Of a stretch of 64,000 nt of DNA, positions 47,370 through 57,084 are shown piece by piece. The position numbers and the translations under genes are program-made. The notes below the pieces were generated by a model. The model did no database searches, was not told the origin of the DNA, and saw only the letters and a list, made by a program, of their open reading frames with translations. Each line of letters opens with the position of its first letter. Position 1 is the first letter of the stretch. The stretch comes from an uncultured Chloroflexia bacterium (GTDB lineage Bacteria; Chloroflexota; Limnocylindria; Limnocylindrales; CSP1-4): assembly GCA_963746845.1 (NCBI GenBank), contig CAVVCZ010000004.1, positions 480,001 to 544,000 of the forward strand, written 5' to 3'.

Positions 47370-48716
47370 GTGAGCCACCGTCTCGGTCACCGCCGGTTCG
47401 CGGCAGCGGCGCTCCTCGCGGGCGCAGGGCTCGTGGCATTCGCATCGACGTCCGTCGGCGCGGCGACGGCGGGCGCCGTCCTCGTCGCCCCGACCACCGG
47501 CGAGGTCGACGCGGCGATGGCGACGAGCATCAAGAACGCCCTCAGCACCGCCGCCGACAGCCAGGCGGCCGCCCTCGTGATCAAGCTCAACACGCCCGGC
47601 GGCAGCCTCGACGCGATGATGGACATCGTGTCCTCGATCCTCGAGGCCCACGTCCCGGTCATCGTCTGGGTCGCCCCGTCCGGCGGGTTCGCCGCCAGCG
47701 CGGGGACCTTCATCACCCTCTCCGCCAACCTGTCCTACATGGCGCCGGGGACCCGGATCGGCGCGGCGTCGCCCGTGGACTCGAACGGCCAGGACATCAC
47801 CGGGACGATGGGCGAGAAGGTCCGCAACGACGCGATCGCCTTCATCCGCTCGATCGCGGAGACCCGCGGCCGCCCGGTCGACTGGGCGGCCTCGACCGTC
47901 AGCGAGGCGCGCTCGTCGTCCGCCGTCGAGGCCGTGTCCCTCGGGGTCGTCGACGGGATCGCGGCGACGATCGATCAGGTCGTCGCGCAGGCGAACGGCA
48001 AGGTCGTGAAGGTCCAGGGCCAGGACGTCACGCTGGCGCTGACGGGCGCCCCGATCGAGGAGCTCGGCTCGAACCCGCTCGGCGGCATCGTCGGGCTGCT
48101 CGCGAACCCGAACGTTGCCTTCCTCCTGTTCACCGTCGGCGTGCTCGCACTGCTGTTCGAGATCCAGAACCCGAGCGTCCTCGTCGGGATCTTCGGCGTC
48201 ATCGCGATCGTCCTGTCGCTCGTCGGGTTCGCCAACCTGCCGACGAACGTCGTCGGGCTCGTCCTGCTCGGGATCGGGCTCGTGCTGTTCGCTCTCGAGC
48301 CGTTCGTGCCGAGCCACGGCCTGCTCACGATCGGCGGCCTGGCCGCGTTCATCGTCGGCGGCTCGATCCTGTTCAACGAGCCCGTGCCGGGCGCGCCGGA
48401 CGTGCGCGTCGGACTCCCGCTCCTGATCACGGCCGGTGTCGCGGGCGCGGCGTTCGGACTCCTGATCACGGCGGTCGCGATCCGCACCCGCCGGATGGCG
48501 AGCCCGGAGAGCACGCAGCCCGCGACCGTTCCCGTCGGAACGATCGGCGAGGTGGAGCTACCGCTGACGCCGCTCGGCTCGATCCGCGCCAGCGGCGAGG
48601 AATGGTCGGCCCGGACGGCCGACGATCGGCCGCTGGAACGTGGGACGTCGATCCGCGTCATCGGATCGGACGGCCTGACGGTGCTCGTCGAACCCGAGTC
48701 CGGCGCACTACCCTGA
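47370..48716 (+). CDS. nfeD: NfeD-family membrane-bound serine protease (long form)
   Basis: LNTPGG, AASAG and IGAASPV motifs, TM region, C-terminal OB fold (GEEWSAR). Confidence 0.9.
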   Translation: MSHRLGHRRFAAAALLAGAGLVAFASTSVGAATAGAVLVAPTTGEVDAAMATSIKNALSTAADSQAAALVIKLNTPGGSLDAMMDIVSSILEAHVPVIVWVAPSGGFAASAGTFITLSANLSYMAPGTRIGAASPVDSNGQDITGTMGEKVRNDAIAFIRSIAETRGRPVDWAASTVSEARSSSAVEAVSLGVVDGIAATIDQVVAQANGKVVKVQGQDVTLALTGAPIEELGSNPLGGIVGLLANPNVAFLLFTVGVLALLFEIQNPSVLVGIFGVIAIVLSLVGFANLPTNVVGLVLLGIGLVLFALEPFVPSHGLLTIGGLAAFIVGGSILFNEPVPGAPDVRVGLPLLITAGVAGAAFGLLITAVAIRTRRMASPESTQPATVPVGTIGEVELPLTPLGSIRASGEEWSARTADDRPLERGTSIRVIGSDGLTVLVEPESGALP

Positions 48717-48739
48717 TCCCGTCACCCTAGGAGGCATCC

Positions 48740-49669
48740 GTGGAGCTCGTCATCGCCCTCGCGACCCTGGCGTTCGTCGTCGTGGTCCTGCTGGTCATCC
48801 TGTACCTGTCGGTCCGGGTGGTCCAGCAGTACGAGAAGATGCTCGTCTTCCGCCTCGGCCGGACGAACGAATCGATGGTTCGCGAGCCGGGACTCCGGTT
48901 CCTCGTCCCCGTCATCGACCGGCCGGTCAAGGTCGACATCCGCGAGCAGTTCATCGAGGTCCCGAGCCAGACGACGATCACGAAGGACAACGCCCCGATC
49001 AACGTCGACTTCCTGATCTACTGGCGGATCGTCGACCCGCTCCGGAGCGTGGTCAACGTGGCCAACTTCGCCGGGGCGCTTCAGGGCGTGGCGACCACGA
49101 CGCTCCGAGCCGTGATCGGCGACATCTCGCTCGACGAGGTCCTGTCCAAGCGCGACCAGATCAACGAGCTCCTCCGCGTCAAGCTCGACGAGCAGACCGA
49201 GCGCTGGGGTGGCAAGGTCACGACCGTCGAGATCCGCGAGATCATCCCGCCGCGCGACGTCCAGGACGCGATGAACCGTCAGCTGACCGCCGAGCGAACG
49301 CGGCGAGCCGTCGTCACCGAGTCGGAAGGCAACCGCCAGGCGGCCATCAACGTGGCCGAGGGCCAGAAGCAGTCGGAGATCCTCAAGGCCGAGGGCGAGC
49401 GGCAGGCCGCGATCCTTCGGGCGGAGGGCTTCAGCCAGGCCCTGACCCGGATCTTCAGTGCCGCCGCGGGCGTCGACGAGAAGACGATGGCGCTCCAGTA
49501 CCTCGAGGCCCTCAAGGCGCTCGGGGCAAGCCCGTCGACGAAGTTCATCATCCCGGCGGAGCTCAACCGGCTGCTCGAGTCGACGGCGGGGTACATCCAG
49601 GTCGGGATGGCCCCACGACCGAGCGGCGGCGGGAGCCTCCCCGGCGGGTCGGAGACGGCCGGGCGGTGA
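48740..49669 (+). CDS. SPFH/band-7 (stomatin-like) protein
   Basis: VFRLG..PGL, ITKDN, TTLRAVIG and AERTRRA motifs. Confidence 0.93.
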   Translation: MELVIALATLAFVVVVLLVILYLSVRVVQQYEKMLVFRLGRTNESMVREPGLRFLVPVIDRPVKVDIREQFIEVPSQTTITKDNAPINVDFLIYWRIVDPLRSVVNVANFAGALQGVATTTLRAVIGDISLDEVLSKRDQINELLRVKLDEQTERWGGKVTTVEIREIIPPRDVQDAMNRQLTAERTRRAVVTESEGNRQAAINVAEGQKQSEILKAEGERQAAILRAEGFSQALTRIFSAAAGVDEKTMALQYLEALKALGASPSTKFIIPAELNRLLESTAGYIQVGMAPRPSGGGSLPGGSETAGR

Positions 49670-50661
49670 TCGGGCCCTCCGCGACGCGGATCCTGGACGC
49701 GCCGCGGTACGGTCCGGACGAAGCCGGCCTCAAGCCGGCGATCGACGCGCTCGGCGGCGAGGTCGTCCGGCTCCGGGCGCGCGACGGCGTCAAGCTCCAC
49801 GCGCGCTGGCTCCCCGCGGAGCCCGAGGCGGACTGGAAGACCGATCCGTACGAGGCGATCCTGCTGCTCCACGGCTGGACGGGCTCGGTCGCGCCCGACC
49901 TCGTCGAGCTCGGCCCGTCGCTGCGTCGGACGGCCGGCGTCCTCGGCCTCGACTTCCGCGGGCATGGCGGATCGGATCCGTCGCCCACGACGTTCGGGCT
50001 GCGCGAGATCGAGGACGTCGCGGGCGCCATCGACTGGCTCGGTGAGCGGGGGATCCGTCGCGTGGCCCTGATCGGCTCATCGATGGGTGGTGTCGTCGCC
50101 ATCGCCTCGATCGTCGCGCTGGGGGACGGATCCCTCGCGGCCGCCGACCACGATCCGCACGGCCCGGCGGCGAGCATCGACGCGCCGCGACCGGCGATCG
50201 TCGCGGTCGTGGCCGAATCGGTCGCCCCGGACCTCCGGATCCCGATCGCCAACCGGATCCCGTACCCGATCGGTGGCCCGTTGCGCCGCGCCCTGGCGGG
50301 CCGGATGTTCGACGCCGCGTCGGCCGAGATGGGCGGCGATCTCCGGGCGATGGAGCCGGGGCGGGTCGTCGCGCTCGTCGAGCCCGTGCCGCTCCTGCTG
50401 GTCCATGGAACGGCCGACCGGACCGTGCCGCCGGCGGACGGGCGCCGGCTCGCGGCAATGGCCGGACCGAGCGCGGAGCACTGGGAAGTGCCGGGCGCAG
50501 ACCATGGCCAAGCACACCGGACCGCACCGGCGCAATGGGACGATCGGGTGGGGGGATTCCTCCGTCAGGCGTTCTTCGGAGCGCGGGACGACCGCGCTAT
50601 GATCGCCCCGCCGGTCGACGAGACCGACTCCCTCGTGTCGAGGGGCCAGGAAGGAGTCTGA
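49666..50661 (+). CDS. Alpha/beta-fold hydrolase
   Basis: LLHGW, DFRGHG, GSSMGG, HGTADRTV and ADH catalytic-triad motifs. Confidence 0.88.
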   Translation: MIGPSATRILDAPRYGPDEAGLKPAIDALGGEVVRLRARDGVKLHARWLPAEPEADWKTDPYEAILLLHGWTGSVAPDLVELGPSLRRTAGVLGLDFRGHGGSDPSPTTFGLREIEDVAGAIDWLGERGIRRVALIGSSMGGVVAIASIVALGDGSLAAADHDPHGPAASIDAPRPAIVAVVAESVAPDLRIPIANRIPYPIGGPLRRALAGRMFDAASAEMGGDLRAMEPGRVVALVEPVPLLLVHGTADRTVPPADGRRLAAMAGPSAEHWEVPGADHGQAHRTAPAQWDDRVGGFLRQAFFGARDDRAMIAPPVDETDSLVSRGQEGV

Positions 50662-51836
50662 TGGCGGCCAAGATCCTCGTCGTCGACGACGACCCGAACG
50701 TTCAGCGCCTCCTGCAGTACACCCTCAAGCAGGAGGGCTACGAGGTCGTCATGGCCGCGGACGGGGCCGAGGGGTTCCGCCTGTGGGGGTCCGAGGCGCC
50801 CGACCTGATCCTCCTGGACGTCATGCTTCCGAAGCTCGACGGCTACCAGGTCGCGACGAAGATCCGGACGGAGGAGGGGACCACCGGTCACGTCCCGATC
50901 ATCATGCTCACGGCCGAGCGCGAGGTGGAGCAGAAGGTCCGCGGACTGCGCGCGGGTGCCGACGACTACCTGATCAAGCCGTTCCACCCGGCCGAGCTGA
51001 TGGCCCGGATCAAGAGCCTGCTGGCGCGGTTCGCGCCGCAGGAGACGCTCGTCGGCCGCCCGCCGCTGGGACGCGTTCTCGCCCTGTACGGCGCGAAGGG
51101 CGGGGTGGGGACGACGACGATCGCGATCAACGCCGCGATCGCGTTGCACCGCGAGCTCGGGCGGAAGGTCTGCCTCGTCGACGGCAACCTCCAGTTCGGC
51201 GACCACCGGGTGTTCCTGGACCTCGGCCTCGACAAGAAGTCGATCGTCGACATCGTGACCGCGCCGACCATCGACCAGGACCTCGTCCGCCAGGTGATGG
51301 TCAAGCACGATTCGGGGGTGGACCTGCTCCTCGCCCCGCCGTCGCCGGAGACGGCCGAGCTCGTGACCCAGGAGCACATGCCGATCATCCTCGACCTGCT
51401 CCGCGGGCTGTACGACTACATCGTCATCGACATCGACAAGCGGCTCGACGACATCAACCTCGGGGTCCTCGAGGCGGCCGACACGATGTTCGTCGTGATG
51501 ACCGCGGACCTGTCGTGCCTGAAGAACGTCCGGCTCGTGCTCGAGACGATCGGGCACCTCGGCTACGAGGCGGGCAAGGTCCAGCTCGTCCTGAACCGCT
51601 CGAACGCGTTCACCGGCATCAACGTCAAGAACGCCGAGGGCGCCCTGAAGCGGACGATCGACCACCAGATCGTCAACGAGTACCGCGGCGCGATCAGCGC
51701 CCTGAACTCGGGTGCGCCGTTCATGTTCACGAAGGCGGACTCGCTGCTCGGCCGGTCGCTCCTGGAGTTCGCCCGCGTCGTCGACAAGGCGCCGGCCGCG
51801 GGCGCCGTGGGTCAGGCCGCGCTCGCTCGCGGCTAG
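50661..51836 (+). CDS. Response regulator receiver fused to CpaE/TadZ-like (MinD/ParA-fold) domain
   Basis: VVDDD, LLDVMLP and KPF receiver motifs; GAKGGVGTTT deviant Walker A, DGNLQFGD and VLNR. Confidence 0.88.
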   Translation: MAAKILVVDDDPNVQRLLQYTLKQEGYEVVMAADGAEGFRLWGSEAPDLILLDVMLPKLDGYQVATKIRTEEGTTGHVPIIMLTAEREVEQKVRGLRAGADDYLIKPFHPAELMARIKSLLARFAPQETLVGRPPLGRVLALYGAKGGVGTTTIAINAAIALHRELGRKVCLVDGNLQFGDHRVFLDLGLDKKSIVDIVTAPTIDQDLVRQVMVKHDSGVDLLLAPPSPETAELVTQEHMPIILDLLRGLYDYIVIDIDKRLDDINLGVLEAADTMFVVMTADLSCLKNVRLVLETIGHLGYEAGKVQLVLNRSNAFTGINVKNAEGALKRTIDHQIVNEYRGAISALNSGAPFMFTKADSLLGRSLLEFARVVDKAPAAGAVGQAALARG

Positions 51837-51927
51837 GCCGCCCACTCTTCGGCGGCGGCCTGCGCGGTCGATCCCCCGTGAACCCGCGGTGCAGTCCGGG
51901 GTAAGGGCCGCCCGCTAGGGTCGGGCG

Positions 51928-53505
51928 GTGCTCGCAACGCTGCTGTCGTCCGCGATCGTCGGGCTCGACGGTCGGGTCATCCGCGTCGAGGTCGATGTCG
52001 CCCCGGGTCTGCCCGGGTTCACGATCGTCGGCCTTGCCGACGCCGCGCTCCAGGAGGCGCGCGAGCGGGCGCGCGGCGCGATCCGGAACGCCGGATTCAG
52101 CCATCCGCCGCGGCGGATCACGGTCAACCTGGCTCCGGCCGAGCTGCGCAAGACCGGCGCGTCGCTCGACCTGGCGATCGCGATCGGGATCCTGCTCGGG
52201 TCGGAGCAGGTCCGTGCACGACCGGGCCGGCTGGCACTGATCGGCGAGCTGTCCCTCGGCGGCGACGTCCGGTCGGTGCCGGGGATCCTCCCGATGGTCG
52301 TCGCGCTCCGTCGGCGCGGGGTCCGGCGGGTCATCGTGCCTTCCGACGCGGCGGCCGAGGCGCGACTCGTCGACGATCTCGAGATCGTGGGCGTGGGTTC
52401 CCTGCGCGACGCCGTCGAGGCGGTGCGTCGCCGACCGGGTCGGTCGCGACGACCGACGCCGCCGCGGCTCGAGCTGGCCGACGCCGCGTCCGGGTCGTCG
52501 GCGCCGACGGAGACGACGCCGTCTGACGTCGGCCTGCCGCCCGACGATGCTCCGGACCTGTCCGAGGTCCGGGGACAGCTCGAGGCGCGCCGGGCCCTCG
52601 AGATCGCGCTGGCCGGCGGCCACGGGCTCCTGCTGGTCGGACCGCCCGGTTCGGGCAAGACGCTGCTCGCGCGGACGATCCCCGGGCTCCTGCCGCCGCT
52701 CCACGACGCGGAGGCGCTCGCGGCGACCATCGTCGCGTCCGTCGCCGGCGACGGACCGATCGACCGGCTTCGCCGCCGGGCGCCGATGCGGGCACCGCAT
52801 CACACCCTGTCGTACGCGGCGATGGTCGGTGGCGGGCCCCGGATGTCGCCCGGCGAAGTGACCCTCGCGAACCACGGGGTGCTGTTCCTGGACGAGCTGC
52901 CGGAGTTCTCGCGCGATGTCCTGGAGGCGCTCCGCCAGCCGCTCGAGGACGGCCACGTCGCGGTCGCCCGGGTCGGCCGGGCGACCCGCTTCCCGGCCCG
53001 GTTCCAGCTCATCGCGGCAATGAACCCCTGTCCATGCGGCATGGCCGGCGACCCAGACGCCTGTTCGTGCCCGAGCGGCACCCCGGAGCGATACACGGGC
53101 CGAATCTCCGGCCCGCTCCGCGACCGGATCGACCTGTGGGTGACGATGCCGCGGGTCCCGCCCGCCGCGATCGTCACCGGTCGGGAGCCGGAGGGCTCCG
53201 CCGTGGTCGGTGCGCGGATCGCGGCCGCGCGGGTCCGCCAGTCCGAGCGTTCGGGTCGGCTCAACGGGCGTCTGACGGGGCGAGCGCTGCGCACGGCGTG
53301 CGACCTGTCGACGGCTGCGCGGAACCGGGCGGTGGGCCTCGCGACGCTCGAGGCCCTGTCCGGACGAGGCACCGAGCGGCTCCTCCGCGTCGCCCGGACG
53401 ATCGCGGACCTGGCCGGCGCCGACGCCGTAGACATCGACCATCTCGACGAGGCGTCGCGGTTCCGGTCGGTGTCGTCGCGTCAGCGGACCCGCGAGGCAA
53501 GCTGA
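51928..53505 (+). CDS. comM: YifB/ComM Mg-chelatase-like AAA+ ATPase
   Basis: IVGLADAA, ITVNLAPA, GPPGSGKT, RAPHH, LFLDE and AMNPCPCG motifs. Confidence 0.93.
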   Translation: MLATLLSSAIVGLDGRVIRVEVDVAPGLPGFTIVGLADAALQEARERARGAIRNAGFSHPPRRITVNLAPAELRKTGASLDLAIAIGILLGSEQVRARPGRLALIGELSLGGDVRSVPGILPMVVALRRRGVRRVIVPSDAAAEARLVDDLEIVGVGSLRDAVEAVRRRPGRSRRPTPPRLELADAASGSSAPTETTPSDVGLPPDDAPDLSEVRGQLEARRALEIALAGGHGLLLVGPPGSGKTLLARTIPGLLPPLHDAEALAATIVASVAGDGPIDRLRRRAPMRAPHHTLSYAAMVGGGPRMSPGEVTLANHGVLFLDELPEFSRDVLEALRQPLEDGHVAVARVGRATRFPARFQLIAAMNPCPCGMAGDPDACSCPSGTPERYTGRISGPLRDRIDLWVTMPRVPPAAIVTGREPEGSAVVGARIAAARVRQSERSGRLNGRLTGRALRTACDLSTAARNRAVGLATLEALSGRGTERLLRVARTIADLAGADAVDIDHLDEASRFRSVSSRQRTREAS

Positions 53506-54801
53506 GTGACCGGACCGCCGACCGAGCGCGAGGCGTGGGCGCTCCTCCTCTCGATCGACGGTCTCGGGCCGGCGGCGTTCGGTGCCCTGCTCGGGGCGTA
53601 CGGTGGCGGGCTCGCGATCCTCGAGACGGCGTCGCGACGCGGGGCGGCCGGGGCGTTCGCGGCGGTCGCCGCGGCGGCGCAGGGACGACGGTCGGTTCAC
53701 GATCTCGGTCGGCGGATCGTCGAGCTGGCGAGGGACCCGGCGGAGGCGCTCGAGATCCTCCGTGCCTCCGGCGTCGACATCCTGACCCTGGATGACGCGG
53801 CATACCCGGCGCGGCTCCGGGCGATCGAGCTCCCGCCGCCGGCACTCCTCATCCGGGGCGATCCCGCTGCACTCTCGGCGGCGCGGTCGTTCGCGATCGT
53901 CGGAACCCGGAAGCCGACGGAACGCGGCCGGCTGGTCGCGGCCCGGATCGCCGCGACGATCGCGAGGGCCGGCGGCGTCGTCGTCTCCGGTCTGGCCGTC
54001 GGGATCGACGGCGCGGCGCACGCCGCGACGGTCGCGGAGCGCCGTCCGACCGTCGCGGTGCTGGGCTCCGGCCACGACCGTCTCTTCCCGCGGTCGCACC
54101 GCCGCCTCGCCGACGACATCGTCGGAACGGGCGGCGTCCTGATCTCCGAGCGGTTCCCGGACCGGACGGCCAACCGGCAGACGTTCCCGCAACGGAACCG
54201 GCTGATCAGCGGTCTGGCCGAGGCGACGATCGTCGTGGAAGCCGGGCTCCGGAGCGGGGCCCTGATCACCGCGGACCGGGCGCTCGGCCAGGGCCGCGAC
54301 TGCTATGTCGTCCCCGGTCCGATCGACGAGCCTCGTTCCGCCGGCTGCCTCGCGTGGTTCCGCCTGTTCCCGGATGTCGTCCGGCTGGTGACCGGCATCC
54401 CGGAGCTGCTCGCCGACCTCGGGCTGGACCCGAACGGCACCTCGGTGGACGGGGGACGGGTCGCGCTGCCATCTGTCGAGGCCCAGTTGATGGAGCTGGG
54501 ACCGACGGCCGCCGAGGTCGCGCGGTCGCTCATCGAGGGTCACAACTCGATCGACGAGCTCGTGTCGGCGACCGGTCACGCCCCGGCCACGGTGCTCGGA
54601 GCGATCACCCTGCTCGAGATGCGTGGTCTGGCGACGTCGACATATGGTCGCTACCGCGCCGCCGGCCGGCTCGCCTCGACGACTCCGGGATCCGTCGTCA
54701 CGCGACACGCGACCCGCGGGGTGGAACGACGTCGGCGGGATGGCCCGAGCCGCTCGGCGCGCCCACCCCCGGAGTTGCCGGTCTCCGCGAGCTCATGCTA
54801 G
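53506..54801 (+). CDS. dprA: DNA-processing protein DprA
   Basis: AIVGTR, VSGLAVGID, FPQRNRLISGL and VVEAGLRSGALIT motifs. Confidence 0.93.
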   Translation: MTGPPTEREAWALLLSIDGLGPAAFGALLGAYGGGLAILETASRRGAAGAFAAVAAAAQGRRSVHDLGRRIVELARDPAEALEILRASGVDILTLDDAAYPARLRAIELPPPALLIRGDPAALSAARSFAIVGTRKPTERGRLVAARIAATIARAGGVVVSGLAVGIDGAAHAATVAERRPTVAVLGSGHDRLFPRSHRRLADDIVGTGGVLISERFPDRTANRQTFPQRNRLISGLAEATIVVEAGLRSGALITADRALGQGRDCYVVPGPIDEPRSAGCLAWFRLFPDVVRLVTGIPELLADLGLDPNGTSVDGGRVALPSVEAQLMELGPTAAEVARSLIEGHNSIDELVSATGHAPATVLGAITLLEMRGLATSTYGRYRAAGRLASTTPGSVVTRHATRGVERRRRDGPSRSARPPPELPVSASSC

Positions 54802-54891
54802 GGTGCCCCTGGTCGCACAGCTCACCCGTCGCGACCGACAGCCCCGAGACGGTGTCTCGTCCCCCAGCGAACCGAGCAGGAGACTGTCGTA

Positions 54892-56556
54892 TTGCGCAAG
54901 GTCGCCGCCGCGGCCCTGGCCGTCCCCATCTTCGCGATCCTCTACCTCCCGCTTCTTGCCCGGAGGTCGGTCGCAGCCAGGGCCGTACTCCTCGGAACCG
55001 TCGGGATCGTCGTCGCCCTCGGGGCGTTCGGACTCTCCCGGCCGGCGCCCACGGCGGCGACCGCACCCGAGCCCCCGATCAGCGCGCTACCCGACGACGC
55101 GTTCCGGTCGATCTCGGCCGACACGAGCCTCGAGGCCGGGGTCCCGATCCACTTCAGCGAGGCGATGGACGCGACGAGCGTCGCAGCCGCCTTGACCGTC
55201 GAGCCGCAGACCGCGGTCGATCTGGTCTGGAGCCCTGACCACAAGACGCTGACGGTGCGCCCATCCAACCACTGGGCCGCGGGCACCTACCACGTGATCA
55301 CCGTCGCACCGGGCGCCCTCGCGGCCTCCGGCCGGCCGATGTCCGCCGTCGTCCGCGCGGCCTTCGTGACCCGGACCCTCACCACGGGCCGGATCGAGGC
55401 CGGGGGCGCCGCCGACGCGGCGTCGATCGGGACCGCCTTCCGCCTGACCTTCGATCGCCCCGTCGCGACGAGCGCCGTCCAGGCCGCGCTCCGCGTGACG
55501 CCCGCGGTCAAGGGCACGCTGATGGCCGTGTCCGCGCGCCTCGACTCGTCGTTGGGATCGGCCCTGTCCTTCGTCTTCACCCCGAACACGTCCCTCGTGC
55601 CCGGCACCGCCTACCACGTCGCGCTCGACGGCCTGACCGATCTCGACGGGTCGCCCGTCCAGGTCGTCGAGGACCTGTCGCTCACGACGGTCCAGGCCCC
55701 GGCGGTGGTCCGGTTCCGCCCGGCGAACGGCGCGAAGAACATCGATCGCCACGCGACCCTGTCCGTGCGCTTCACGACCGGGATGGACCATGCGACCACG
55801 AAGGCCGCGCTCCGGGTCACCGCCAACGGCAAGCCCGTCGCGGGGTCCGTGCAGTTCGCCGAGGCGAGCACCGTCCTCGTCTTCCGGCCGACCAGCGCCC
55901 TCCCGGCGTCGGCGACCGTCGTCATCAGCATCGGCGCGGGCGCCTCGTCCGCACTCGACGTGCCGCTCGGCAAGACCACGACGGCCACCGTCCACACCGT
56001 GGCCGCCCCCAAGCCCGTCGTGAAGACGAAGACCGTCCGGACGACGGGCCATACCACGTCCGGCGGCTCGGGTGGCGGCGGGGGCGGATCGGTCGGCGGC
56101 GGCAGCTGGGGCGCGGTCGAGACGTACTACCTCCGCCTGATGAACTGCACCCGGACCGGCGGCTGGGTGAGCTCGAGCGGCAGCTGCACGAGCCCCGGTG
56201 GCCGGAACGTGGCGGCGCTCAAGCTGGACAGCGGGATCTCCTCGAAGGTGTCCCGGCCGTACGCGAAGAAGCTCGCGGTGGGCAACGACTGCAGCCACTT
56301 CATCGGCGGCAACCCGGGCGACCGGCTGAGCGCGGCGGGCTACCACAGCTACCGCTGGGCCGAGAACATCGGCTGCCGCTCGTCGGGCAGCGCCTACGCC
56401 GCGGTCCTCGGCTCGCACCTCTTCTTCCAGGACGAGAAGTCCAGCAACGGCGGGCACTACGTGAACCTGATGAACTCGGCCTACGACCGGGTCGGGATCG
56501 GGGTCTGGGTGTCCGGCGGCCGCGTCCGCCTCGTCATCGACTTCTACCACCCCTGA
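54892..56556 (+). CDS. Membrane-anchored protein with three Ig-like (Big_5-type) domains and a C-terminal CAP/SCP-like domain
   Basis: Three repeats with F-S/D/T-x-x-M/V cores; C-terminal CSH, AENIG, GHYVNLMN and VGIG motifs. Confidence 0.78.
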   Translation: MRKVAAAALAVPIFAILYLPLLARRSVAARAVLLGTVGIVVALGAFGLSRPAPTAATAPEPPISALPDDAFRSISADTSLEAGVPIHFSEAMDATSVAAALTVEPQTAVDLVWSPDHKTLTVRPSNHWAAGTYHVITVAPGALAASGRPMSAVVRAAFVTRTLTTGRIEAGGAADAASIGTAFRLTFDRPVATSAVQAALRVTPAVKGTLMAVSARLDSSLGSALSFVFTPNTSLVPGTAYHVALDGLTDLDGSPVQVVEDLSLTTVQAPAVVRFRPANGAKNIDRHATLSVRFTTGMDHATTKAALRVTANGKPVAGSVQFAEASTVLVFRPTSALPASATVVISIGAGASSALDVPLGKTTTATVHTVAAPKPVVKTKTVRTTGHTTSGGSGGGGGGSVGGGSWGAVETYYLRLMNCTRTGGWVSSSGSCTSPGGRNVAALKLDSGISSKVSRPYAKKLAVGNDCSHFIGGNPGDRLSAAGYHSYRWAENIGCRSSGSAYAAVLGSHLFFQDEKSSNGGHYVNLMNSAYDRVGIGVWVSGGRVRLVIDFYHP

Positions 56557-56595
56557 TCGTGGCGGGCCGCTGACCCGCGGCCGCTGATACCGGCC

Positions 56596-57009
56596 GTGCC
56601 ATCGGCCGCCGGGACCATCGGGCGGGAGACAGCGCCGCAGCCGACGACGACGATCCGGCCCGTGATCCGCAACGCCGTCATCCACATCGCGAACGAGCAG
56701 CCGCTGCTCGCGGACCTCTATGCCATGCCGATCTCGACGGACGTCAGCCTCGTCTGCACGAACGTGCGCATGCTCGACGGCAAGAAGCCGGTGTTCGTCG
56801 ACCGCTCGAGCTCCGTCTTCGTCTTTCCGTACCTCCACGTCCGGTTCATCGAGATCCCGGCCGGAGCGGCCACCGGTCTCGAGACCGATCAGGACGACGA
56901 CGCGCTCGTCGCGGTCGCGGCGGCGGCCGCCAATGGCGAGGGCAACGGGGAGGTCGACGCGGATCTCGAGCTCGACGAGGACTTCCTCCGCCGGATCCGC
57001 GACGTCTGA
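56596..57009 (+). CDS. Conserved hypothetical protein
   Basis: IHIANEQP...DGK...RFIEI beta-rich core with acidic tail; start may be GTG 56662. Confidence 0.7.
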   Translation: MPSAAGTIGRETAPQPTTTIRPVIRNAVIHIANEQPLLADLYAMPISTDVSLVCTNVRMLDGKKPVFVDRSSSVFVFPYLHVRFIEIPAGAATGLETDQDDDALVAVAAAAANGEGNGEVDADLELDEDFLRRIRDV

Positions 57010-57084
57010 GGCGACGACCCGAGCGATCAACCGCGAAGTCGCGGTTGGCCGAGCGCGAAGGAGCCGGTGCTAGACTCCGCCGCG

